From: Negaprion brevirostris
Lineage: Eukaryota
Assembly (NCBI GenBank): GCA_030324005.1
Contig: JARDVH010000137.1
Coordinates: forward strand, 18,936,011 to 19,000,010
Reading direction: 5' to 3'
Length of the DNA stretch: 64,000 bases
Every line of letters starts with the position of its first letter. Position 1 is the first letter of the stretch. Shown here in pieces: positions 37,201-50,728 of the stretch. A model generated the notes under the pieces. That model made no database searches. It worked only from the letters and a program-made list of their open reading frames with translations, and was not told the DNA's origin. A program made the translations under genes and the position numbers.

Positions 37201-38233
37201 CTGAAAGACAAAAATGCATTGCTTTTACAAATGGTATTCACATCTAAGGGCAAAATATTGACTGGTACCAAAATCTTAAATGAACAGGACTCACACTAGG
37301 CTTCAACCTTTAATATAATCAAACCAATGTGGATCATGGGCATCCAGAAACAACGCATCAAGGAAAAGGCTTTTAAGTTTGGGGTGCTGCAGGAAACTTC
37401 AGGAAACAGGGAGGGACAGGGAGGTCAAATTCAAACAAATCTTTTGCTTATACCAATATGGAAGATGTTGATGCAATTTTTGCTTGCAAGCAGAGTGTGC
37501 TTCCTGAAGGCTTGGGCACTCATTTTGAAAATGGGCACGTCACTGTTAAATTTCCAAGACTACTTCTCTGGTCAGAACAAGTCTTGTTTCCTTTCTCAAG
37601 GCCTCTTCCCCACTTGGCTCCTTTAGAGATCATCAGGACTCATCATTACCTATGACTTAGATCACAAATGCTAAATTTGCCTTAGTGAACTAAAATCTTT
37701 TGAGATTTACAATAAGCAGATAACTCCATCCAAAATTTAGCTCTTAGCATTCATTTTTCTCGTCTCATGCATCATGGGATCCTGCCACTCACATCCTTAT
37801 TTCAGAGGAGGAAGCTGTGCATTGTTTTTGCTTTTCTTGCCACAAGCAATGCCTCCAGTCATGATGCCCTTAATCCAGATTATAGATTTGTGGCAAAACA
37901 TCACACCCTCAAATAGCACTAACGACTTCCACATATCAAACAAAACAAGTACTGGTGTTATTACAGTGTTCTCAATTCATGGAAAAACAATTAATGTTGT
38001 ACCAAATATACTATAAATTGCAATACCATGCAAGGTAAACTTCTGCTTCACAGTTAATGTCCTTTTCCATTTTGAAATGTCACAGATAAATATCTGAAAA
38101 CATTTGCTCATGCTCTGTTATTAGACAGAAGTCCAACAATTAATCTTTTAATTTTACTCCATGCATTCTAATGTCTGAAAATTAACCAAAGTAGACAATT
38201 TCAATAAGCCAACTTCAATATTTACTAGTATCA

Positions 38234-38443
<210 letters not shown>

Positions 38444-40334
38444 TCACAATTCATATTTCAACAGTACAATAGACTACTGAAAGCTAGTATAACTGTCCTA
38501 ATGATAGGCTTTAATATAAAGACTTCGTTCTGTGGTGGTATCATACTTGCAGATTTACAATATATTCAATCACAAAGTTTTGTATTTTTAGTTTCTCTAC
38601 AGTGAGGACATGAACAGACAGTGGGAATTAAAACGAAAAAATAAAGTAAATTATCCTGCATTTCTGTCACACAATCCTAGTGGTCAATGTATAGGCAGAG
38701 TGTTATGAAAGCGAATTTACCTTCTCGTTGACAGCAGAGGTTGAGAACTCCAAGTTCAGATTTGTGTAGACCCTAAGTGGGCAGTGTATGTGCAATTCAA
38801 CATCTTACATTCTTTGGTCCAAAGATGGGCCGAAAGCGCACTTGCAAAAAGGGTTCAAAAACCTGGGACACCTGACCAGGAACAGAGAACTATTGCAGAC
38901 AAATGCCCCAGGCAGGCAACCAAGGAGAGTTTCTATGAGGTGGGGACAGAGATAGGGTGAGGCCCCATTTGAGAAGAAAGGGGAGCAGAGAAAGAATCCA
39001 AGCAGGAAAAAGGCTGTGGTTGGCTGAGTCTAAATGGTGATGTCTTAAGAGGAGTCCTGCCAATCAAAGAGGAGTCAAGAGAAACTCCAATGATCTAAGA
39101 TGGCAGCAGTAGGTTGGTGACTCCCTGCTGTGAGCTGTTGGGGTGAAGATATCAATCTACTTGAAGATCTGAAAAGCTGAAGTTGTGCATGTTAGTTGGT
39201 GCTTGCATGCATACTCAGAAATCCAGGGGAACGATGTCTAACCCTGCAAGGTGGGCAGTTATTGCAGCAGACTGATTGGGAATAACATTTGGTGAGAATT
39301 CCAAAGCGAGATCTTTGAAGGTGGGTAAGAGAGTCACAGTTTCAATGAAATTGGTTAACACAGTGTTCCTGACATCTGGGTGGGTTGTTGAGAAATCCAG
39401 GGAATCTGTCCTGGCCAATCACAGTTTGCCTGTTAATTCACATGATCCTCATTTTATCCCTGAATATGACAGATACCATGAATTGTTTTATTTTTCTGAC
39501 CTTGTAAGGTTTTTTTTTGTATTTGTTCAAAAGCTGTGGAATCCTGTGATCTTATTCACTTCGCAACTGTCTTGAATCTCAAATTCTGTCAACTTAAAAA
39601 AAATGTTATTGATCCCTAATCAGGTTGTACCAAACATTTGACAATCTCATCCTGGGTCAAAACAAGAGGTTATGAGCAACTGCCTGCTCCATTGTAACTC
39701 GGCCCATAGATTCCACAGAAAAATTCCAGAGTGAAAATTGAAAAAATATAAATCATGAAAAATAAAAGAAATATCCTGCATCTGGCTGACCACAAACCTC
39801 AAGAGTCATCGAGCAAGAGTCAGTCTCCTATTTCTCTCATTGCTGTAATATCTTTGTGGTTCACAGTTGTGTTAATTTTACTGTGACATGTTTTGATACT
39901 TAGACATTGGAAAATGTATTTAAATATTCCTGCAAATGTCAGAGAACAAAAACCTTTAAGAATGACGAAGTGATTCTCCTCCAAATGCTTCATAGCTTCT
40001 CATTTATTAGAGTTAAAGGAAAATTTTGGTTGACTAATCATGTCAGTAATCATGTCATGGCAGCTTAAGAACATAAAAAAGAGCAGAAGCAAGAAATTCA
40101 TCCTTTCAAGACAGCTTCATCAGCCAATAAATTAATGGCTGATCCTCTCGTTCAATTCTCTATGTATTCAACACATTGAAATATGAGTATATGTGCTGAT
40201 GCTGGGAGTGGGTGACTGCTGTGAAGCCTCTTCAACAGTGGAGTTGAAAAAATGCCCCTCTGAACTGCTGGAGTCTGATGATTCCGGGGGACGGGGGGAG
40301 GGGGGGGGGGAAATACACAGGGAACATTGATTAC

Positions 40335-41000
40335 TCATTTGAGACTTGACAACATTTGTATTGAAGATTCTTGTTTCTTTGCTGCCCTCACTTCACTAGC
40401 AGTGCAGGAACGGTCTTCCTCCTCCCTGGCCAGCTCAAGGGTCCATTCCTTGAAGTGAGTGAGGGTTTGCAACACAGGCATGACTCCAGATGGCTGCGCC
40501 CGCTCTGCATAGTTTGTCTTGCAATGACATGGTGCAGGTGGCAGCGTGGACATTTAAGATGGGGATGAGGTGCGNNNNNNNNNNNNNNNNNNNNNNNNNN
40601 NNNNNNNNNNNNNNNNNNNNNNNNNNNNNNNNNNNNNNNNNNNNNNNNNNNNNNNNNNNNNNNNNNNNNNNNNNNNNNNNNNNNNNNNNNNNNNNNNNNN
40701 NNNNNNNNNNNNNNNNNNNNNNNNNNNNNNNNNNNNNNNNNNNNNNNNNNNNNNNNNNNNNNNNNNNNNNNNNNNNGAACAGGATCATTCATCTTCTTTC
40801 AACACTGCTGCCCTGTCCTCTTTTGCAGTGTTCTGGCACTGATCAGAGGTGCATCCCAGATAGGGTGTGGTCACCTGCTGGATGGCTGTCACTTGGAGCG
40901 TGGGTATAGGGCTTCCCTCCTCTGCACCACTATCAAGTAGTCTGGTGAGGGGCCCCTCTGTAAAGCATGGTGCTGGATTTTTGGCCGCCATCCCCTGCAG
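40335..41000 (-). mobile_element. PIF/Harbinger transposon relic encoding a Myb/SANT-like accessory protein
   Basis: Frameshifted MAAKNPAPCFTEGPLTRLLD..RREALYP..KRTGQQC*KKMND and LTHFKEWTLELAREEEDRSC. Confidence 0.6.
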
Positions 41001-41543
41001 TTGTGAACAAATGCCTGGGAGTCGTTTATATGGAGTTCCCCTGTGCTTGCAGCAGTTAAGTCCTTACACAGCAGAGGAATTAGAGAAAACACGCTGCTGG
41101 AATGGCATGCAAAATGTGGGAATAAAAGTTAATACCAATGAGCCGTAAGATTCAGAACAAAAACACATCGGCGCCATTGGTGGCCAATACCCCATTTTTC
41201 TAGCCAGAGCCAACACTCTGCCATTTTTTCTAAGATCTTGCCCAACATCTCTGATCGCACCTGAAGGACTCCCTCACTGCTGCACTGGAGTGTCAGTTTT
41301 GACTTTTAAGCTCAACAGCAGGAATGGTACTTGAGCCCACAGCCTTCTGACCAAGGTGAGACTGCATACTATCAATAGAGCCAAGGTGCACACAACCACA
41401 GGAATGTATAGTTAGTTACATAAAAATGTAACTTATTTTGAAAAATAATTTCCAAAGTCCTTGGAAAAACTCAGCACATCAGATAACCTTCCTGAAGAAA
41501 AACAAGTAGGTTTACTGGCAAAACTCCATTCTAATTTCCATAC

Positions 41544-41677
41544 CTGGGATGGTATAATACATGTCATTCCAGTCACTCAGGATGTCGCCAGTCCAGTGTC
41601 CAGCATAATGACCATGACTGGGGAATGTGGACCGCGAAATCACAAATGGGCGTTTTCCTATCACCTTGATCAAAGCA
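41544..41677 (-). CDS. GAA: GAA copy 1, exon 13 (acid/base Asp)
   Basis: 134 nt, [44 protein letters not shown], cag/gtatg. Confidence 0.95.
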
Positions 41678-42614
41678 CTGAACATAAGAAAGGAGACAAT
41701 CCTGAAACAAATGAAGGCTGAAAATATTCACCCAGATTACTTCTAATAATGATCCAAAATTTTCAAATTAAATACGATTATACTGAAACTATTTATGCGC
41801 CTTTGTCTTCATTGATGTACCAACCTCATTTTAAAAGATGTCGCATAAGCCATTTCAGTAATGGTTTTAAGATTATAGAAACACACACCCTTTGTTCTTG
41901 TTAGCATCCCTCCACTATCCTTACCTTGTTGTCAAAAATTGCACTTGGTTCTTTTGAACTCCTTGTGGGACTTCAAAAACTGACTCTCAGAGCAATATCA
42001 CTGTTTAGTTGCATAGGATTTTTGGCACAGAAACAGGCCGTTCGGCCCAACTGATCCATGCTAGTGTTTTGTTCCAGAATTCTTCGACCCTCACAGGTCA
42101 TACTATACTAGGATCTGATAAGAATCAATCAGAGGTACCAGATATGCACCTGTAAGCAAGTAGAACAGCAATAGAATCTGTGACCCAAAATGTTTTCTAG
42201 GGCAGGATATTCCCTGTGGCTTTTAAAAGGCAGCCTGAATGCTGCTAATTTCAAATAATGAGCTCCCCACAATGACTCATTGAATGTGTTTAATGAATAC
42301 CTTAATCATAAGCATGAGGAAGGTTTCAAAGTTGGTTACTGGTCTGTGTTGAGGCAGCTGGTTTGAACCAGAGGTACAACTGACATCAGTGCTTTGGTTT
42401 AGGGAGAAAACCACATGCCAAGATTTCTTCTGATTGCTATTCAGTAATGTAAACTGGATGTTCACATCGAATGAAGGCAGGATTCAAGCTTCAGTGGATA
42501 GTCATGACAACATTCATCTAAAGCTTACACTTTAACAATGTTCATTTGCTCAATATACTGGAGAGCAACGAGTAACTGAATTCAAAAGATATGTTTTTTT
42601 AAAAGTTTTTTAAA

Positions 42615-42902
42615 GTTTTATTTATCAGTGCCACAAGTCGACTTACATTAGCACTGCAATGAAGTTACTGTGAAAATCCCCCAATTGCCACTCTCTGACA
42701 CCTGTTCAGGTACATTGAGGGAGAATTTAGCATGGCCAATGCACTTAACCAGCATGTTGTTTGGACTGTGGGAGGAAACCAGAACACCCGCAGATACAAG
42801 GAGAACATGCAGATTCTGCATGGACAGTGACCCAAGGTCAGGATTGAACCTGGGTCTCAGTGCTGTGAGGCAGCAGTGCTAACCACTGTGCCACCGTGCC
42901 AC
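42615..42902 (-). mobile_element. HE1-type SINE
   Basis: Ends gtgaggcagcagtgctaaccactgtgccaccgtgcc (reverse complement of the tRNA head). Others at ~30944-31036, ~45950-46058 and ~56610-56897. Confidence 0.8.
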
Positions 42903-43008
42903 CCATACTTTGAAGATATTTAGCGCAGTGTTCAAGAGCCTTGTCCCGCTACACAGACTACTTCGTCATATCCAGTAAAAATGCACTGCTGTTTCAATTG
43001 TCACTCAC

Positions 43009-43126
43009 TCGTGGGAAGCAATGGCCTCAGTCAAGCCATAAAGGTTGTGTAGGTTATAATGTGATGACAGATATTGTTTACCAGACATACATATTGTACA
43101 AGAGCTCAGATTTCCTCCAGTCATGC
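43009..43126 (-). CDS. GAA: GAA copy 1, exon 12
   Basis: 118 nt, [38 protein letters not shown], cag/gtgag. Confidence 0.94.
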
Positions 43127-43247
43127 CTGCAAACACAAAACAATAATTTTCATAATGAGCTAAATTCTTTCCCACAAAACTTGGATGTCCAAGAAAATGC
43201 AGAACAAAATCAAATAAATCAGCATATACTAAAGCAAAAGAACCTCA

Positions 43248-43466
<219 letters not shown>

Positions 43467-43889
43467 TCAAGTCAGGCCAGACAGACATACCTTCCTCTGC
43501 ATTTTTTAAGCCAACTCTACTGATTATCTACTAATGATATATTCTGATCATCTGTGTTAAAGATTTTTCATTTTAAATAGATAAAATAATGTAGTTCAGC
43601 ATACTCTCCGATTCCAAATGATTTCTCACTTTTCCATCAGATTCAGCCATGCACCGCTGAAAACACCTGGAACGATCTTGTAGTAAGGAATACACTCATG
43701 CTGCACAAGTGTTGAAAGCCGTGCCATTTTAAATACAAAAGCATAACTTGTTCTCTCAAAGAAAGGATTTTTCAATATTTCAATGGTATATTTCAACAGC
43801 ATTCACGAACTGGTCTGCAGTTGAACAGATAATAAGGCAGTGCTCAGATAACTAAGGGGTAGGAACAGTTATATATTCCCAGTGCCCTA

Positions 43890-44633
43890 TGCAATAATAC
43901 TGTGCCTTTAAGAAATGCATTTAATCATGTTTCGCTGCAGGACGATTCTAGCAGGCTCTGGAATTTGTTGGCACTGTATTGTCTGTAGCCGGTGTCCTTT
44001 ACTGATGCTGAGGCAGTATAATTTATAGCATGTTTATTTTTAATCTGCACGAATGCAGTGTTCTGTGGTTTTAATGTGTCCCGTGGGATTGCTGTGTGGA
44101 GCTTGATTGACAGGTCAGGTGATATGCTTGGGGACAGTTCTTTTTGAACCACAGAGCATTCCAGTTTTTAGTTTTGTTTCTCAGTTGCTGCCAGGAGCTG
44201 GTGGAAGAAAGTTTTCTGTGTCTCTCTCTGTCTCCAGAGGCTTTCTGAAAGTTCTACGGCTAGGGAACCTGAGAGAGATTTGATCCAACATTCATAGGAT
44301 CAATTCACAGCAGGTGTTAAAAAGCTGAATGTATTTGCTTTTTGTGCGAAGTCTGAAGAAGGGTGTATGTGGAACAGCAGAGATAGCTAACTGTTAGGAA
44401 TGATACTATTTCATGTTTAACTCTTGTAATTAGTAAATGTTATGCTAATTATTTTTGTTACATTTTAACTGTGTTCTAAATAAACTTTATTTGATGAAAG
44501 CTTGCTAGTGGGTCACTTGAATCATACTTAGGGTTAAACACTTTATGCTCACCCATGCCAAAACCAAATTTAAAAATTAAGGTCTAGGCTAACTTCATAA
44601 AACAATTTGGAGTATCTGGTTTGGGTCCTAACA
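43890..44633 (+). mobile_element. Solo LTR-like element
   Basis: TG..CA ends and near-TSD ccta/tcta. The start motif atactgtgcctttaagaaatg recurs at ~45465, 54778 (minus) and ~63598. Confidence 0.55.
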
Positions 44634-45133
44634 TCTAGCATGCTTATTTAAACCCTTGGATTTTACTGCATACATCCAGCCCAATAATTTAAAGTTCTTT
44701 TATATGTTAAAGTACATCTATTAAACAATAATTTAATGTACTGTAAGTTATACAACAAAAGTGGAAAATTAGCTTAAAAATTATTTGAATCACCATAGGT
44801 CTTGAATAATGCAACTTCAAATTAAGATGTATTTTGACAGGAGAAATAAAGTAGTTATCTAATACATAATGTATTTACTTTTCCATTCACCAGAACAGCT
44901 TCTTCCCTGGTGCCAGACTTTTGAATGGGCCTATTGTATACTAAGCTGATCTTTTCTTCACCCTATCTGCAGCCATATCTGTACCCAATCCTTTCTTTCT
45001 TTCCCATGTACGGTATGTTTTTTCTGTATAACATGCAAAAAACAGTACTTTTCATTGTATCCCAATACATGTGACAATAATAAATTAAATCAAATCACAT
45101 CATAGGACAGGATTTTTGAGATCACGTACTTAC

Positions 45134-45247
45134 AATCCACATCCCATCAAAAGGCACTTTATCATGAAATTCCTTAATATTCTCATACCACCAGGCATGG
45201 GTTTCTGGGTTTGTAAAGTCTGGGAAAGCAGTTGGGCCAGGCCAAAC
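45134..45247 (-). CDS. GAA: GAA copy 1, exon 10
   Basis: 114 nt, [38 protein letters not shown], tag/gtaag. Confidence 0.95.
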
Positions 45248-45554
45248 CTAAATAGAGCAGAACAAAATTTAAATATGCTTTTTGGATCTAGTCTAGCCCA
45301 ATAGGATGAGAATCTAACACTGAACCAGAAATCCACAAGTCCTCATAAGTGATCTAGGGTCTCAGATTCAAATTCCATCAGGACAGCTGGTGGAAATTAA
45401 ATTCAATTAATTATTTAATGAATCTGGAATTTAAAGCTAATCTTAGAAATGGTGACTATGATGTTAGTGTACCTTTAAGAAATGTTTTTTGTTATATCAA
45501 ATTCTCTGCAGCTCTCCCAGCCTCAGTTGATGTCATTGTTGCTGAGTTGGCAGG

Positions 45555-47099
45555 AGAAGTCCTTTTATTGCTCCTCAAGTGGCTTAAATAGGGTTTGTTT
45601 ATTTTTACTTCAGGATCTTTTATGACTCTGCGTTGTTAGAAGGAAGACTGATTGGTAGGTCATTGGTTCCGGCTGAACATTTTAGACATATTTGTTCAGG
45701 GCTATACGTTATTATAGTTGTTTTGTTTTTCTTTGTAATTGATAAAAGTTATTGCTAATCTTCTTTCCATACTNNNNNNNNNNNNNNNNNNNNNNNNNNN
45801 NNNNNNNNNNNNNNNNNNNNNNNNNNNNNNNNNNNNNNNNNNNNNNNNNNNNNNNNNNNNNNNNNNNNNNNNNATGTGATCGGCGCAACTTGTGGGCCGA
45901 AGGGCCTGTTTGTGCTGTAGTGTTCTATGTTCTATGTTCTATGTTCTAAATCCATGCAGACAAGGGGAGAAGGTACAGACCCAGCACAGTGACCCAAGCC
46001 AGGAATTGAACCCAGGTCCCTAGTGCTGTGAGGCAGCAGCGTTAATCACTATGCCACCTAGCTCCCTCAACCTATCTTCATAAGGCATGCCTCTCAATCC
46101 AGGCAACATCCTTGTGAATCTCCTCTGCACCCTCTCAATAGCTTCCACATCCTTCCTGTAATGAGGCGACCAGAACTGCGCGCAGTACTCCAAGTGGGGT
46201 CTGAAATGATGAAGAGATCTGTTGTGTCCATACTAATGCAACAGCTGGGGTCACAGTACTCATCGTTTGGGAGCAGAGACAGCCAGACCTCTGAGGAACA
46301 CACTGTACAGAGGAAAGATAAAGAGAAAGCCAGGCGCAGGCCTTCACCCCTTCTGGGAGCGGAGACAGCTGGTCCTATGAGGGACACACTGTACTGAGGA
46401 GAGGATAAATAGACATCAAGGCTCGGGGCCTCCACATCTTCCAGGAGACAGCCAGACCTGCAAAGGACAGAGAAGAGGATAAATAGAGAGCCAGGTTTGG
46501 AGCCTTCACTTGCCTTCCGGGAGCGGAGACAGCCAGACCTGTGAGGGATACATTGTACTGAGGAGAAAAGAAATTGAGAGCCAGGTTCGGGGCCTTCACT
46601 CACCGTCCAAGAGTGGCAGGTGAGGGACACACTGTACTGAGGCAGCTGAATGTGTTTGAAAAACAATCGGGAATGACATCACAGGAAAACAGTAACCTCA
46701 TCGACTGGATGTAACTAATTTGAATGACCCATTCTAAATTCCTTTCAGATTAAAGGTAATAATGAAAATATTTAACATATTAAAAAGATGCTGTGTTCTT
46801 GTGTACAAAGCTTTGAAGATGTTACCGTGCTGGGATGCCATTCTATCTTGCGATAGACCAGAGTGACTGCCATTAGATTTATCAAAAGCATTCTTGAAGC
46901 CAAACCAGTCAATTACAAACAAAAACAAAACAACTATAATAATGTGTAGCCCTAAACAAATAGGTCTAAAATGTTCAGCCAGAACCAATGACCTACCAAC
47001 CAGTCTTCCTTCTAACAATGCAGAGTCATAAAAGATGCCGAAGTAAAAATAAACAAATCCTATTTAAGCCACTTGAGGACCAATAAAAGGACTTCTCCG
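45555..47099. repeat. ~190-bp inverted repeat pair (45555-45743 and 46907-47099) of LTR-like sequence
   Basis: gagaagtccttttattg..caagtggcttaaatagg..gtaattga versus its reverse complement, with high similarity. Confidence 0.85.
46269..46641. repeat. Degenerate ~87-bp minisatellite, about 4.5 units
   Basis: gggagc(a/g)gagacagccagacct..gagggacacactgtactgaggag..agccagg..gccttcac recurring at ~46269, 46356, 46443, 46519 and 46608. Confidence 0.8.
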
Positions 47100-48339
47100 G
47101 TATAATTACTTCAAAATGACATGCAACAGATATCATCATAAAGCATCTCTCTGAGTTGATGTGTCTTAAAATCTCATCTTTTTAAACTGTATTCGGAGAC
47201 CTACAAATAAGCATCAGAGTTGCACAAAAACATCACTGTGTGCAACTTAATGTGAAGAATCAGTTCATTGTGAATCCCTGTGATGAGAATCAGGAATAAG
47301 AAATCTGAATTTTATTTTCAGTTAAAATAGAATGATTGTAGAATAAAATGCTCCTTTTGAGCATCTGGAATTATCAAAAAGTTTGGTACAGTGTAAATCT
47401 GCTCTGTCACGGCAATGTCAAGGCCAGCATTTGTTGGCCATTCTAATTTGCCTCGGTAGGTAACAGTGAGCCACTTTCTTGAACCACTGTCGTCCATATG
47501 ACATGACTTTTCTGTAAAAGTTTGGTATAATTAAGTGGCAGATTGGTTAGTTCAGAGGGCAATTCAGAGTCAAGCATATTTTTGTGTGTCTGGGAACCAG
47601 GTTAGAATAGTAGCTTTTCTTCCTTAAAGGAAAGAACCAGATGGGTTTTTGCAATAATCATTGTTAGTTTCATGGTCTTGTTATAATTCAGGTGAGAAAC
47701 TCCAAAGTGTTTTTTGTGAAACCCACCTGATCATAAGTTTTGCACTTTTAATTTGGCTAGGGTAAGCATAAGATGCTTCAGTTCCAGAAAGTGGAACTGA
47801 GCCACTTCAGATCAGCCATGATCTTATTGAATGGCAGGGCAGGCTCGAAGGGCTGGATGGCCAACTCCTGCTCCTATTTCTTATGTTCTTATGTTCTAAT
47901 GTAGTGTTGCAACCACAGCTAGGGTGTAGAGAAAGATCAACTCAATACAAGGTAAGTCCATTCAAAAGTCTGACAGCAGCAGGGAAGAAGCTGTTCTTGA
48001 GTCGGTTGGTACGTGACCTCAGAATTTTGTANNNNNNNNNNNNNNNNNNNNNNNNNNNNNNNNNNNNNNNNNNNNNNNNNNNNNNNNNNNNNNNNNNNNN
48101 NNNNNNNNNNNNNNNNNNNNNNNNNNNNNNNCTTTTAAGAGACTTCTGGATGAGTACATGGGATTTAATGGGAATGGGAGTTACAGATAGACCTGGTAGG
48201 TATGGATATGATCGGCGCAACTTGTGGGCCGAAGGGCCTGTTTGTGGTATAGTGTTCTATGTTCTATATGTTCATCATAAGAGTCAGGGGAGGCTGTGTA
48301 ATCTTCCCATTCATTTTACCTTTGGTTATTGTATAACTA

Positions 48340-49166
48340 TGAGGCAGCAATGGGTGCAGACTTTGGCATCCTGTGGAAACATCACCAGATGATGGATATG
48401 GATTTCTCAGACAACATCACCTTGCTGGCCGAAGAATCGCACACTCTCCTAGACATGACCACCAGTCTGGAGTGGCAGTGCCAAGGTTGGTCTACAAATC
48501 AGCTGCGAGAAGACCAAGACAATGATGGTTGAACAGCAACAAGGGCCATTCATTGTCATTAGGCCACACTGAGGATGTTGATCACATCACCTACCAAGAA
48601 AGCAACATTGCCATCACATCTACACATGAATTGGCAAAGTAACTTTGGTCTTCCATCTTCCAAAGGCTCAATATGGTCTGGGCATCCTACATCATGAACA
48701 TGGCCATGAAGCTGTGACTCTACATATCCATAGTAGTAAGAACCATAATCTATGCCAGTGAGACATGGAAGAAAATAGCAAAGATGTCATGTATGTTGGA
48801 CATCTTTCACCAGCACTGCTATATAAGATATTGGGCATCACATAGGGGAGACTGCATCATCAATGAAGTCGTGCTATACAGAACTGGTCAGAGATACCGA
48901 CAAGACATCATGACAGTGAGAAGAATGAAGGGGAGGTCACATAATTTTGCCTCCTGAATGTCCAGACTGCCAAAGTGGGAACGACATGGACACGGCCAGT
49001 TGGAAGAACATGGGACTGGCTCAAGAATACGTAGCGAAGTACATGTAAGGAGGCCATCCAAGAGCGGGGTACCATCTGGGCTGCAGCGAAAGAGATTGTG
49101 ATAGACTGGGCTAGTCGCAAAGTCTTGCTGTCCGTTGTCCTGTATGGGATCAGAGGAACTAAGTCT
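48340..49166 (+). mobile_element. RTE-clade LINE RT and 3' fragment
   Basis: MDMDFSDNITLLAEE (DLDFADD-like), GLQISCEKTKTM, IYASETWK; ends ggaactaagtctaa. Confidence 0.7.
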
Positions 49167-49420
49167 AATTAAGTATCAGGTAGAAATGTAGTGAAAAATA
49201 ACATCACCAAAAAAAAGACTGCATAATTAGGAAAATTGCACCAATGCATATATAATAAATTAGCAGATTTGACATTTAATAGTTTTTTCACAATGAATGA
49301 ATGTTTTCAATAAAGGTGCCGCCCTGAAAGAAATTTAACATAGGAGCTTGCAGCCGATATTTATACAAGTTGCATCAGCCAGTTAAATATGAAATTTGAA
49401 CTTCCCATCGATGCACTGAC

Positions 49421-49531
49421 CTTCCCTATCAATGGTTGGCTGGTTTCATTTTTAATAAAAACACCTCTCTTCACACCATCATCGTATGGTTTGTATTTTC
49501 CTGCTTTCTGTGTACTACTGATACCTGGATC
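49421..49531 (-). CDS. GAA: GAA copy 1, exon 9
   Basis: 111 nt, [37 protein letters not shown], tag/gtcag. Confidence 0.94.
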
Positions 49532-50596
49532 CTACAGGAGAAATCAAAAAGCTGTCAGTGCTAAGAATTCTTAAAGAGCACTGAATTGGAGAAATGCACA
49601 ACCAGACTTCAAAACAAGGTTGACAAAACAATTTAGCATGGCCTGTTAAGAGTTCATTGAAAATAGTCTGCAATATGTCTGAATAACATGTTAACTCTTC
49701 ACAAACCAAGATCAACCACTTGGTTGGTGTCACATTGATGTTAACAGTTCAAGTTCACAATATGGGCTCAGGGATAACAAAGGTAGCACCACGAAGTCTT
49801 TGGTACTCCTGAAGTAAATCAGTAATATTTTACGTGCTAAATAAAAATACCAAAATTGGGACAATGTTACAACAAAGTGTTTTGTTTGTAGAGAGACATC
49901 CTACAGGAATTTCCCAAGTACAGAATCAGAATTTAGTTCAAGACCACCATCGCAACTCGGCCAGAAATAAAGAATTTTTTGCTAAGCAGTAGACAAAGTA
50001 GCTTAAGTCTGTTCAGAACTATCACACTACTTCTTGTCTGCCACTTGTTGATTTTGTGTGTGCTAAACATACTTGATTACATTAATGAACTTCATAAATG
50101 CCATTTTCAACTCCATAAGTAGACATGGATGGCAATTTCCCCATTCACTCCCAACACCATAAGAAACACGTCTTAGACTCTGGATTGGAATCCCTGCACT
50201 ACCTTCAGAGACATAAAATGTAATCAATCCACCACTGCTTAACAGAGTTAAAAGCAAAATATCATGAATGCTGGAATCTGAAACAAAAACAGAAAATGCT
50301 GGAAAATCTCAGCATTTTGACAGCATCTAAGGAGAGAGAATAGAGCCAATGTTTCGAGCCGGATGACACTCATTCTCTGTTTTTGCACTACTGCTTCACA
50401 ACCTCATACTGTAGAGAAATTTACAGCACAAACAACTTAGGAACTGTACAGATGTGGAGCATGAAAGGAAATAGAAAAGTAGCTTAAATGTTGAACTTTA
50501 TGTCAAACATAAAATTTTCCATTTTTAATATGGAAATCAAAGTAATAGTTAAAATACTAATTGTTCTTGAATAATTTGTAGTTCCTTTCTTCTTAC

Positions 50597-50728
50597 CACG
50601 ATCATGATGTATTTCAATTCCTTTTGGTGAAACTCTTTCACCATAATTGCATAGTCTCCAAAGTACTTCAAGTTATAAGTGAAGTCTTTTTTCTGGTCCA
50701 TGTAATCTAAGTCATTCCACTGTACATC
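50597..50728 (-). CDS. GAA: GAA copy 1, exon 8
   Basis: 132 nt, DVQWNDLDYMDQKKDFTYNLKYFGDYAIMVKEFHQKELKYIMIV, cag/gtaag. Confidence 0.95.

Noticed and set aside
46094-46666. 190-aa ORF
   Set aside because: Product of the minisatellite plus a CR1 fragment
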